A DNA stretch of 64,000 nt, taken from the NCBI RefSeq assembly GCF_037042905.1, contig NC_087245.1, positions 11,968,001 to 12,032,000 of the forward strand, written 5' to 3'. The notes beneath the pieces were generated by a model. It saw only the letters and a list, made by a program, of their open reading frames with translations. It did no database searches and was not told the DNA's origin. Origin of the DNA: Lytechinus pictus. Taxonomy: Eukaryota. The stretch's first letter is position 1, and each line of letters opens with the position of its first letter. The position numbers were made by a program, and so were the translations under genes. This document shows positions 40,621-53,100 of the stretch, one piece after another.

Positions 40621-42184
40621 TTGTAGATGGAAATGAAGGTGATTATTTGCACCAGCCTCAAAAGTTAGTGATGATATATGTTGATGTGCAGTGATGAATT
40701 GGAAATAAAATAGGGGCCATTTTATATCTACGTCAATCTAGTGGCTAATAATACTATTCAGGCGAAATTCAAGGAAGTAACAAAGATACCAAATAATCAC
40801 TGATAAGATTGATGTTAAGAGTTTTTTTCTTTGATGTAAATTGATATTAATTTATGCATGAAGTGATATTACATATAAATCACTACTAATCTAAGCTTAC
40901 TGTTTTATTTATAAAAAGAAATTTTAATGAGATCCTCTTCAACAGTATTTTAAGATATATGGGTTTAAATATTTAATTCTGATATATTGCATATTTTGTC
41001 AATCTTCTGAGGTTTTTCAACCTATTTACATTTCTTATTTCTAGAAATTTTCTATTACACTTTTGCAATCATATATCATTAGCTAATTTATTATTGTTTG
41101 AGTAAGCTTTGAGATAGTGAAAGGGGATTTATTCTGTATTCCTAGAAAAGACATGCAAATTGCATTGAATTTGTACACAACATGTACACTTTTATTCTGT
41201 ACTAAACTGTACTTACATAATGCTATGTAATAGACCATGCACCAAGTGGGGGTACACGAGTGGTTTAAGAGTCAAGATTTTTATTTTATTTGAGGAAGGT
41301 TAAGTTAGATAGGATAAAACCTGGGAGTATTATCTTCATTATATTTATTATTATGTAATTTTGGCAATTTATGTACTTACCAGTAGCCTACTCATATGTT
41401 GAACTCAACACAATCAACACTTGTTGTTGCATGTTCAATACAAAGGGGAAAAAACTGATGAGTGAGCTAATGAATGAAAGTGAAACATGGATAACGTGCC
41501 TTGAATAATAATAGACTGCCTAGAAGAATAACAATATTAGAATATATTCATTTGAAGAGCTACAGATAATGTGAACTCATTTAATGTAGATGCTGATACT
41601 GCAGCATTGCCAAGTTAACTTGTCCAAACAAGACACCACATGAAATTCAACTGAGAAATGGTGTATTCATGGATGAATATTGGATACTGTATGTATCTGA
41701 TTATAATGTTTTATAGTTTTTCAGATGTATTATTTATTTTTTTATTGGTAATATATGTTTATTTGGGGGTAATACAAGATTGAAAAATTGTGTCTCTATT
41801 AGTAGTTGAGGATGAATGAAGATGATTTTGTTTTCCAGATAAGTGTACAAATATCATATTCTCATTTATGATATACATGTAATACATTGGCTTACACTAG
41901 TGTTGTAATTATTTTCTCTCTAGTATTTTCATGTTTTACTAAATGGTAGCATTTTGCTTATTCAAGTATACCTTTGGAATGAATTGTATCACTACCGTAA
42001 GTCAAAATTCACTTCAGATATTGATCAGAGATCAGTATACAAGCATTGTATTCTCATACAGGACACATTACAATGAATCACTGTATTTAATTGATATTAG
42101 TTATACTTGCTAATGGGTAGTTTATACACAGTATTTATTGAATTGATGTGTAATTCTAAATTATCTTTGCAATAATATAGAGTA

Positions 42185-42480
42185 TATTTCTTTCCATTCT
42201 TTTCTCCTCAATTTTATTGATCTTCGCTTAATTTCGCTATGATATTTTTCTCTCCATTATATTTAAATTCTGCCTCGCTTTGCTTTTTTCTGTCAAGTCT
42301 TTTTTCTTTCTTTATATCTTTATTCTTATCTGTTTAATATATTAGCTCTATTTCCCTTTCTACTTTAAAATCCTATATATTTTTTTCTGTGTGTTTATCT
42401 CTCTCTGTCTCATGTCTATATTCCCTTCCTCCAATATTTTTTTCAATCTTTTCACCCTTCTCTTCAATTTTCCACTAACT
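42185..42480. repeat. Pyrimidine-rich low-complexity tract
   Basis: CT-rich run downstream of the MPP7-like stop codon. Confidence 0.7.
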
Positions 42481-43425
42481 TTCAGATACATGTATATTTG
42501 GCTGTCTCTACTTAATTATCCAATGACAGTATTTGTATTCAGGCACTTAGATATTCCAATTTTTAACCATTTGATATAGGTAATGTACACACAACTCAGT
42601 ATTTGGCTTCTTGTGTTTTTTTTCTTCTGATCTTTATCCTCTTCGTGTTTTTTACTGCTCTGTACTTTATTCAAATGTTTCACATTTTTACAATTTCAAG
42701 TTTTGAACAAAATGTATGCATAGAAGCTTATTAAGTGTTTAAATTACATTTTGAATTAACAATCCATGATTATGCTTTCAAACTAATTATGTATTCTCAA
42801 GTTTTGGTATTTTTGTAATATCAGTAAGTGACTTTAAATGCCTGATAACATTCTAATCATTTGTATAGGCCTCTAAATAGTGATGCATTTTGCAAAATAT
42901 TCTGCCTATCAACAACTTAAACTACGAGTGTGTTTGTTGTATTGTAATTTGTTTACTTTTCCATAAAAGGTAGTCAGAATGGATTCATTGTCATCTCGCT
43001 TTATTATTATTAATTTATCAGGAATGTGAACCCACAATTAAAGCCATAACCACAGGTTTTCGCTGAATTCCTCATGGTGATCAATGGTGTGTGAGCTTGA
43101 TAAAACTAATGCCATTCTTTAGTTTAAAATCAATATGTCATTTATGAAAAATCAATTTTATGAACGGTACATGTGCAGGAATTCTCAAAATATGTACACA
43201 TCCCCACATAAAGACAAGGATGTATATAATAAAGATAAAACTAATTCATGTATATGATTATAAATCTAATCCCAGTTTGGGATTAAGAGTTTATACAAAT
43301 TTATCCTATACAAGATTTGTTACTAACATTGTGATAATCATGTATTAAAGACTACAAGAAAATCATGCTTTAATATGGCATTGCAGTTTGACTGCTTATT
43401 CTGTGATATGATTTTACCATTTCTG

Positions 43426-43642
43426 GGGGGTGTTTCACAAATATTTAAGTATGACTTAAGTCGCACTTAAATACCGAGTTGCGTACGGTATGAAAGGCTC
43501 GACTGCTTTAGTCAGATCGTGTCATGAGGACGCGCACTACTTTTTACTGCGCATCTATCAATAAGATCGAGCATTGCATATCATGTAGGCGTTAGAATGT
43601 AAGTGCAACTTAAGTCATACTTAAATCTTTGTGAAATACCCC
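43426..43642. mobile_element. Short PIF/Harbinger-like MITE with CTG flanks
   Basis: ggggtgtttcacaaatatttaagtatgacttaagt ... acttaagtcatacttaaatctttgtgaaatacccc long TIR. Confidence 0.82.
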
Positions 43643-45529
43643 CTGGATGTTTAATGGTAGTTGTTCAGGGGGTGTTTCATGGAGCTATTTACATTCTAGT
43701 CACTATTAATATCATGTATAACTTATGAAGTGCCAAACTGTAAGCCTGTAGCTTTTAATGACACAAAACAGATTATGAATGTATTTCAAATTATAATACA
43801 CAAATCAGTTGCTCTGAACATGTTTCCAAACATATATAGATATTATGTAGTATCAGCATACTTGCCATAACCACAGGTTCTTTCTATTTTAACTGGTATC
43901 CCTTCAACCAATTTGATATCTCTCACATCGCATGCTATACCAAAATGTCCAGGATATACAACCACAGAGCAGTATCACATTGCATTACATCACTCGCATA
44001 AAAAGCACACATTACATCAACATGTAACAACCTATCACAACACACTATATCATATTACATGGCATCCACAAATCATTATCACAACTTACTTCCTTCTCAC
44101 ACCCTAGTTAAGGCCAAGCAACCATACTGTCAGGTTGACTTGAATAAATGGAGTAAATTCAAACACTTCAACAAAATTTACAAAAGCTTTGCATGTTTTG
44201 TTGTGATATGTGTAGGCATGGGCAGTGTGTAAAAAGGAAATCTGACAGGTATTTCATAAAGCTGATTGAAAATTACACTTCTTTAGGCACATTGAAACAT
44301 GTTCTTGGGTGCTACATCAGATTCTCTCATCAGCTAAAGTTGAAATCTGTTTGCAAGTATAAATGACTTAAGGCATGACTGGTTACCCTTTCTTGTGCTA
44401 CATCACGAGGTAACTTACTTAGCACCTGAGAAAATGTTCCAGTCTTCTGTTAAGTCCTTCATAACTTTATGAACAGCTTCATGAAACACCCAACTGATCT
44501 CTGATTGAAGTTCTTGTTTTTACTGAGCATGAATTAATGTTTGTCAATGTTTGTTGAGAGTTATAGTGGTCATACTTTTGACGAGACACCAGGGAAAATT
44601 GGGATCATGTAATTTATGGATGTGCCACAAGTTGTGTATAATGTAATGGCTTCAGTCTTCCTAAGGATTTTCACACGCTTGATATTTTCAATGTAGTGTC
44701 TACATAATTTTCCTCTTTCAAATCAATACTATATTGAGATGGATTGGCCCTCAAGTATCAATAATAAAAAAGCGACCGAATTGGTAAAAACAATATAAAC
44801 ACATTGTGATTGCATTGCATACATTTTTTAATCTCTCACAATATGATCTTTATCGGAAGTGATAAAGAAACAATAACACTTGACAAAATAAACCTCCCCC
44901 TCTTCTGCCATTGTATGAATAGATAATTTAGGGGGCAGCGAATCATGGATGTAAAATACTATAGCCCCATTTTGACATTTTTTGTACACAGAGAAAAAAA
45001 GTCATAACATAATACCTAATATTCAAGAATTACATGATGGTAAACCACTCACTGCCATCAGTGCAGTATATAATGTGCTCTACACATGTAAAGACAATTT
45101 CATGACATAGGCCCTGTCACATACTGCTATCTATCAATCCCTTCTGCCTCCATTTCACAATTTTAATTAGATATTGTTAAACCACAAATTCAATTTTAAC
45201 ATGTTCAACGTTTAAACGGACAAAACCGTCTGTCAACTCCTAAATACATCTATTCATCAGATCAAGAATATAAAAAAGTCAAATATACTTAAATACTCGT
45301 TTTTCAGACAGAGTGTAGTACGTGACAGGGCTATTCATCTCTAGAAGCTAATCACATTAAATCATTCCTGCAGTTTCACTTAGAAATTGATTTCAAATAT
45401 CTAACCAAAACAAAAAATGAAATGACCTTATCTCTGAAATATCTACCCCAAAAGAACGAAAATGTAAACATGTATACATGAAGAAAACAAAATGAGTACA
45501 AGACAAACTAAAATGTGTTGTGCCTGCAT

Positions 45530-45586
45530 GAAAACAACTTACACAAGAACCAGCATAGTATTTGACATTTTCAAAACTGGTTTATT
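45530..45586 (-). terminator. Candidate distal poly(A) signal for WAC
   Basis: AATAAA on - strand (tttatt 45581-45586) followed by GU-rich ggttcttgtgtaagttgttttc; a proximal AATAAA also lies at 49438-49443. Confidence 0.35.
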
Positions 45587-47220
45587 CAAAGAATATGAAA
45601 CTCACAGAAATGGGAGAACTTTACTGAGAAGAATATGTTTTTCTTAATAGAGCTCTATGATTTATATTAGCTTATTGAAAACGGCAGAGCAGGAACAATG
45701 CACATTCTTAACACAATGTACTGTGCTAGTTTTTTAATACAGTCTGGAAAATGTATTCAAATGCTTCTTTCTACACTGCGTTGTAGTTATTAAAAAAAAA
45801 ATCATTCACCAATGTTTGCTGTATTGTATATGTTGGAACAAAACTTGCACAAATAAAAAGGGTTCTAAAAAATAAAACAAATTGAAAGATATTGTCGAAT
45901 TCCATCTTCCCTACCATTATAAATCTTATTCAAAGTATTTTTAAAAACCTAGTTTGGGAATGATTTCCCTGCACTAAGAAGTAGAATTACTGTTACTACT
46001 GATCTAAAAAGCTCTTCCAAAATCATGACAGGATGCGTCTCATACATGACATTTCTGAAAAACTGGAACCCCCCCTTACTTAAAGTTTATCCCCCCCCCA
46101 AAAAAAAAAACCCTCATTTTTCAGCATGCAGTAAATCCCAAGAAAGAATAAAACCGGATCTATTTTTTTTGGTAGAATGAAATAATCTTACCAAGTGTAA
46201 GTAATAATAATATTCAACTGCCTTTAAAATTCAACATCAATTAACATTCTTTTCTTCAAATAATTCAATAATCACAATAAAAAACCAGCTGAATCCAAAA
46301 AAGTAACACATTACACTTGCCTTTCTGTCTATAACTATGGCAACGGGAAAATGTCTCAAGAATTTGACTAGAATACTTTAGAATGTTTAACAGAAGGCCC
46401 ACACAAGCAACTGCTCTTTAAAAGGCACCAAAACGTTTCCTCTATAATGCAGAAAAACAAAAGCATACACTCTTTATATGATAAGGACAAAACATTTTCA
46501 TTTGAAGAAAAAAAAATCAATGACTGGATTTTATAACACCTTTGTCTAAAACAGCGAAAATCGATCAATATACTTTTCAAATTTGGGCCAAAAACTAATC
46601 CCCAGGGAAAATTGGCATTCTTGTTGTCAAATTTTATGTTTTGTATGCTTGACAGTTGGGAACTACTCTTGACACTATCATCAAGTGTGACAATAGTAAT
46701 GTACATTAACAACACGGTCTCCAAGTGTCAACAATGACTTTCTGACTCAAGAGTTGGCTGTAGTAATATCAGGGATCAAGAGAATATCCTTAGAGAGATT
46801 GGGGTAGAACCTAACCCGAGATGTTTCATGTGACATACGATAATATTTCATCGCAATGGTGCACCACCCTTTTCTGTATCATCTTCAAGATGCTTCAGAC
46901 AAAGGCACATCTTTTACTGTTCTGAAGTTAATGTCAGTCTTGTTTTGAAGCATTGTAAGGTGCCCCAAGTCTGAGCAGCCCCCCCCCCCCTTGTCTGTGC
47001 ATACACACATCTACACCATTCTAATCAAAGACATGCAATGAATGCACACTTTCTTTTCCATACAGATACCCATTAGAAATCTGATCCCGAATCATGAAAT
47101 CTGATCAATTTCACCATTTAATGCACAGACCTTACAATCAGTCATCCTCATAGAAAACCCTGAAGTGTGTGTAAAGTGAATATTAAAGTGCACAGACATG
47201 GGCACTATTGCTTTAGAAAT

Positions 47221-48421
47221 AAAACAAGTGGAGTGCCTCTGGCTGTCTCACCTGCATCGCACGATTCAATATAGCAGCAGCGCTGACTTTGAAAACTACT
47301 ATAACATAATTATTACAAAAAACACCATTCATACAATAATAAAATACTACGTTCATTGACAATAAATGACATTTGACCTTGATCATGCGACCTAAGACTT
47401 GTCAGTGATACTTGATTACCCCTATATCCACATTTTATAAACTATATCTTTAAAATTTGAAAGTTATGACAGCAATCTAATAATTACCTCCAAAATGGCT
47501 AAAGTTCCAAGGCCTTAGATAACTTTTGGTTTTGGTCATGTGACCTGAAACTCGCATGAGATTGAGATGTTCAGTGATACTTGATTACTCTTATGTCCAA
47601 GTTTTATGAAATAGATCCATACACTTTCAGAGTTATGAAGGTTATATAACAAATACCCCCAACATGGCCAAAGTCCATTGACCTTTGACCTAAGTCATGT
47701 GACCTGAAATTCACACAGGATGTTCAGTGATACTTGATTACTCTTATGTCCAGTTCTAAACTAAACCAATAAACTTACAGAGTTATGTTGTTAATTCAAC
47801 AAATACTCCCACCATGGCCAAAGTTCATTGACTTTAAATGACCTTTGACCTTGGTCATGTGACCTGATATTCGCACAGGATGTTCAGTGATATTTGATTA
47901 CTCTTATGTCCATGTTTCATGAATCAGATCCATAAACTTTCAAAGTTATGATGGTAATTCAACAGATACCCCCAACTTGGCCAAAGTTCCTTGACCCTAA
48001 ATGACCTTTGACCTTGGTCATGTGACTTGAAACTCTGGCAGGATGTTCAGTAATACTTGATTAACCTTGTGTCCAAGTTTCATGAACTATGTCCATATAC
48101 TTTTTAAGTTATGTCATTTCAAAAACTTAACCTTCGGTTAACCTTCGGTTAAGATTTTGATGTTGATTTCCCCAACATGGTCTAAGTTCATTGACCCCAA
48201 TGACCTTTGACCTTGGTCATGTGACCTGAAACTCCGGCAGGATGTTCAGTAATATTTGATCAAGCTTATGTCCGAGTTTCATGAACTAGGTCCATATACT
48301 TTCTAAGTTATGATGTCATTTCAAAAACTTAACCTTCGGTTAAGATTTGGTGTTGACGCCGCCGCTGCCGTCAGAAAAGCGGCGCCATAGTCTCACTCTG
48401 CTATGCAGGTGAGACCAAAAA
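47221..48421. mobile_element. Helentron-associated (HINE/DINE-1-like) non-autonomous element with internal six-unit tandem array
   Basis: 13-bp subterminal inverted repeat GTCTCACCTGCAT (47245-47257) / ATGCAGGTGAGAC (48403-48415); extra GTCTCAC at 48390 forming a terminal hairpin; A-runs at both ends with no clear TSD; repeat units anchored at about 47381, 47535, 47694, 47854, 48017 and 48216. Confidence 0.8.
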
Positions 48422-49769
48422 ATGACTCGGCTTACTTTTCTTGTAGACTATGTGCATTATTCTAATTTTCATGCATTCGGCACAATTCAGAATTTAAACG
48501 AATAACATCATGAATTTTTATGGAATATGAGAGAAATTCTAGTTGATCTAATATCAAATAATATGCATCAGATATGGCCCTCGCCCCCCCCCCCCAAAAA
48601 AAAAATCATAATGCAACTTGTATAATTCTAAACACGAAGTACATGTACTAATAGGCTTTAAAGTGCACTGAAGCAGGCAAGACACAATCTTAATATCAAC
48701 ACCTATTACCATACTTAAAGTCCCCCATTGTCTTCCCAGGTATTTAATACATGTGCATGTGAATTCTAAAGAAAAGCTGTCTATGCCCTAGCATTAAGTA
48801 AGTGACAGGTCAATAACAAGGAATTGTTCCGAATCTGCATTCACTCTAATCTAGTTGCAGTTTGCATTTACAATGGGTTATCAAAATTTACACATACATG
48901 AAAGAAATTTAAAAAAAACACACATAAAATATGAAGGCAAAATAGTTCCATGAAACACAATTTGAAGTGGATTTATGATTCAGATTTAAATATATCTGTA
49001 TCATTTTGAGTATCTAATGAATACATTGATAAACTGGTAATTATCCAATGCTTACAGGAAAGGACACTATACTCAGCCCCTGTTTCATAAAACAATTTAT
49101 CATAAACACTTAGCATGACTGTTTTGTTATGAGAAACAAGACCCTTGTCTCTGGCTGGCAGAGGGGTGATGAGGTGAGGGCTCAAGTATCATTCAAACCC
49201 TTCTTGACGATGTGTCATCCATATAACCTAATTTAAATATGGAGCAACAAAGCTCAGCGACATTTTTCTCATCAGTAGTCAGATATAGTGGATAGTCATG
49301 TTAATAAATGCACGTTAAAGCCCTATGCTGCCAGTCTAAAAAGGCCCAAAGTGGACAATTTCATGACATCATAATGATTTCATCATGTCCTCCTGAGTCA
49401 GAATGATCTAGTCGGTGTACTTAGCTATTTGAAGAACTTTATTAAAAGTATACAGTTTGTCACCTTGTGTAAATGTCTTTTCCTCAGCAGTATTATTTCT
49501 GCACCTCATATTCCTTTAAATTTCTACACAAAATGGCACTGAGCTTTGCAGCACTGTGTTAAACAAGCCTTATAAACTGACTATTCCAATTCCATATACA
49601 AAATAACACAATATAGGACAAGTACTCTTACATGTCTAATCCTTCTTGAAAATTAAACTGCACTTTTTTCATCTGTGTTTCATGTTCAACAAAAAATAAT
49701 ATCAAAAGAAATTACACTGAAAAAAAAAATGTCACCTCATGGAATACACAAAATATGATAGTTGAACAA

Positions 49770-49960
49770 AAACAGATGGGAGAGGGGAAAGAATATAGGA
49801 AGAAGACAGAGGGAAGGAAAAAAGAAGCTGAGGGAAATAGAAAAGGGGTGGAAGAAACAGAAAGAAAGAAAGAAGAAAATGGAGAAAGAAAAGAGAAAGA
49901 CATAAAGAATAATATAGAGAAAGAAAGATATATGAAGAAAGGAAACTGCAAAAAAAAGAT
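49770..49960. repeat. Purine-rich low-complexity tract (pyrimidine-rich in the WAC 3'UTR sense)
   Basis: GA-rich run; explains the F/S-rich and K/E-rich ORFs at 49712-50116. Confidence 0.8.
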
Positions 49961-50123
49961 AATCAATGTTGCTTTTGAAAAATGAGGGGAAAACATACCA
50001 AGGGACATCCAGCATACGTTTTGGCTATAAAGCTTAATATGCCACATATTTGAATATTCAGTGTAATGAAAATATAGTGTATACATTTTGTAAAACTGAT
50101 TTAATTCTACTACCATCTTGCTG

Positions 50124-50193
50124 TTATGTCATGAAGGCATTCTCATTCTTCAGTTTCTCTAATTCTAGAACTTGTTTGCGAAGAAATAATACT
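50124..50193 (-). CDS. WAC: WAC last coding exon ([22 protein letters not shown])
   Basis: Acceptor tttctgcag after long pyrimidine tract; TAA at 50126-50124. Confidence 0.95.
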
Positions 50194-53100
50194 CTGCAGA
50201 AAGAAAAAAAGAAAGAAAATAAAAGGGTTAAAAATCAGACCTAAATAGTGGGTTACAGATATGACAGAATCGGGAATTGGTTTTGAAGTAACTATCTGCC
50301 TTTTCTTTTCCTACTCCATCTTCTTTCCATTTTTCTTAAAATATTCAGCATATCTTCAAGAATGGAAAACTGTGATATAATTACAAACTATTCCATATTT
50401 TATATTATTGCAATTCAAACAAAGTTCCATTACTTTTCCAAAGTTGAAATGAGTTATTGAACATGAATAGATTCTATCATATTGTCTTACATGGTTATTT
50501 TTTCCTTGATAAAATATATGCTCTGAATATCGCTTTTCTTTAATTCTGAAACCAATCAATGATGAAATAAAGAAAATAAATGCTCATTTGAATTGAAATG
50601 AACTGAATTTGACAGTCTCAAAAATATCATAGTGACAATCTATCATACAATTGCTTGCCCCCTTCTTAACATGTTTGAAAACTTACTTTTCTCTGAAATC
50701 AAGTGACTTAAATAAATCATGAAGTAATGAAATAAGTTACAAAAATAAATTTATTTGAAAAGCCCCAATAAAAAGCTCAAAATAGATGGACACCCAAATG
50801 AAAAAATAATTCATTTTTGTGTAACAAGACGTCAATGAAAAGGGATTGGGCACATTTTGGTCAGTGTTTATACATATATTGACCAACTTCTGTGCAATAA
50901 TAAATAAAATCAATCAAGTTGTACACAATCACACATGACTTGAATTTCTAGTTCAGTTTTACTCTAAATATAATTAATCAACAACTGTAGAAATACCTCT
51001 TCCAGTTGTAATATCAGGCCAAAAAAATAAAATAATCATCTTTCATTTTGAGGGCTACTTTTTACAACCTACTGCCTAATTCTGCAACATTGGATCTTTA
51101 ACATTGCAATGAATTGGGATTTTCCAGGGCTCTTTTGAGCATGGGGGGGGGGGGGGGGAGTTGTCCAAAGCCCCTGTGTAACTTTTCCCTAGTAATTATT
51201 ATCATTATTTTAATTGCTCCAAAAATTTCTGTTATAAAATACACCATATTCATTTAGAGAGAGATCACTTCTTTGTGACTTAGGTGTACAAGAATTCAGA
51301 AATAAGTGAAACAGACTTTTCTCACCTTTCTTCTTGTAGGTTGGCCTGAATTTCTGATACTCTCACTAACGAACGAGCAAACTTGAGATCTACTGATAGC
51401 TGTGTTGTGCTTTCAGCTCCAAGTACATGGATTTCATCACTTGCTTTGGCAGCCTGGTTAATGTAAGAAAGCACATTAAAACAATGAACTAGGATAAATA
51501 TGACCCTCAGCAAAAGACAAGGAAAGAAAAATCATGTTTTAGAGCAAAGAACCAACCAAAACAGAAGAATTGGGGTAGAAACCAAAATTTGATACTTGGT
51601 TGCTGTACCTAGAAACACTATGGTCACATGGCAATTGATGCAGAATGGGCAAAATCTCTGAAACCTTTAGACCTCAGTGATCATGAGAGCTTTAATTCAT
51701 TTATGATGCAATGCATTTGCCCAATACTTCAATCAAAATCATAATAGAGTACAATAAGTCAGTGAAGTGCCTATCATGCTGTGGGTACATTCTGTAATGA
51801 AAAACAAACTCAAGATGTTTGGTAGAAGAATAGGTTACCTGTTTCTCTCCAAATTCAGATGCCCATCCTGTGATATGTTTAGTCAATTCTTCAGTGACAT
51901 AGGAAGTGAGGGAAGTAGATAGCTGCATTTGGGTTGGAATATTTTCTGCAGCACTGGATTCTGAGGGGACCTTTTTGTTGGAGGAGTCAATGTTGTCAGA
52001 GCTCTTCTCAGGAACAGATGACTTCTTATCCAACTCCTCGCCATTGGTTTCTCTACTAGAGATTAAAAAAAACAAAAAAACAATACCGTATATCAAGTAA
52101 CTTCAATAAAGTAGTTCACCATGATTGAAATGATCAGTAAACAAAATTGCTATATCAAATGGAATTCTTTGTTTATATAAGTTAAATGGTGTATTATATT
52201 GTAATTGAAAATTATAAAAGCCCAGTAATTAATATACATTACAACTTCCAAGTTTCACCAAGGTGTCAAATTAAAGTTCTTAAAAAAATCAATTCAATAA
52301 CCATTTATGCATCACTTTCAACAATCTACATGTAGCAAGCCACTTCCAATGCTTACACATAGAAATTTTGCAAACATTGTTGAACATCTAAATGAGATAA
52401 CTACACGCCAAAGGTAAAAAAATAATTTTATGTCTTTCTCTCTATTCCCAAATTTTGTATTTGGTATTTGATTAGAAAAATCACAATGAGAATTCATACT
52501 TGTATAATAAGGGAAATTGTGACTAATTTTTCCAAGAAGAGTGGTGGTCATTGTTGTCATATTCACACCAAAAAAACAACTTCTCTACCTTGACAACTAT
52601 TTATTTTATCCTCATACTACACAAAACATCCAAGTATGCAACATCTAATTGTAGAAATATCAATACTAATATAATAATTAATCACATCAGTACCTATTCA
52701 AGCTGTTCACATGCTGAATAAGCAACTCGTCATACAAGTACAAAATGAAATTAGCTCATGACGTTATGGACTTACTGATTCTTGATACATACATCATTCT
52801 TTAATGACAATGTTAAGTTCAAAATTCTTTAAATTTGCCAATGTTCATTTCTTGGATACTTGGAAACTCACACTCATATAACATTGTGTGTTAATCACCA
52901 ATAGAAATAAAATAAGACAGTTAAAAAAAAAAGAATAAATAAGGAATGCAAATACTTCTGGGTCCTGCTTCTCAAAAATATTTGTCTGTCTCTCTAGACC
53001 ATCCACAGAAAAGTGTTATATATGTAGGTGACCTCTACGGCATATTCACCAATAGGTTGTTTTACAAAAACTTACGCCCAGCGCACACTATGCTACGCAA

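Noticed and set aside
46368..46960. 118-aa ORF and adjacent complex sequence as an extra gene between MPP7 and WAC
   Set aside because: No domain signature or exon chain; more simply explained as WAC 3'UTR or intergenic sequence.
47360..48350. Regularly spaced repeats that superficially resemble a CRISPR array
   Set aside because: Whole 155-200 bp units are homologous with no unique spacers, there are no cas genes, the context is eukaryotic, and the array is bounded by HINE-type subterminal repeats.
49712..50244. Hydrophobic F/S-rich and K/E-rich ORFs
   Set aside because: Produced by a purine/pyrimidine low-complexity tract immediately 3' of the WAC stop codon.
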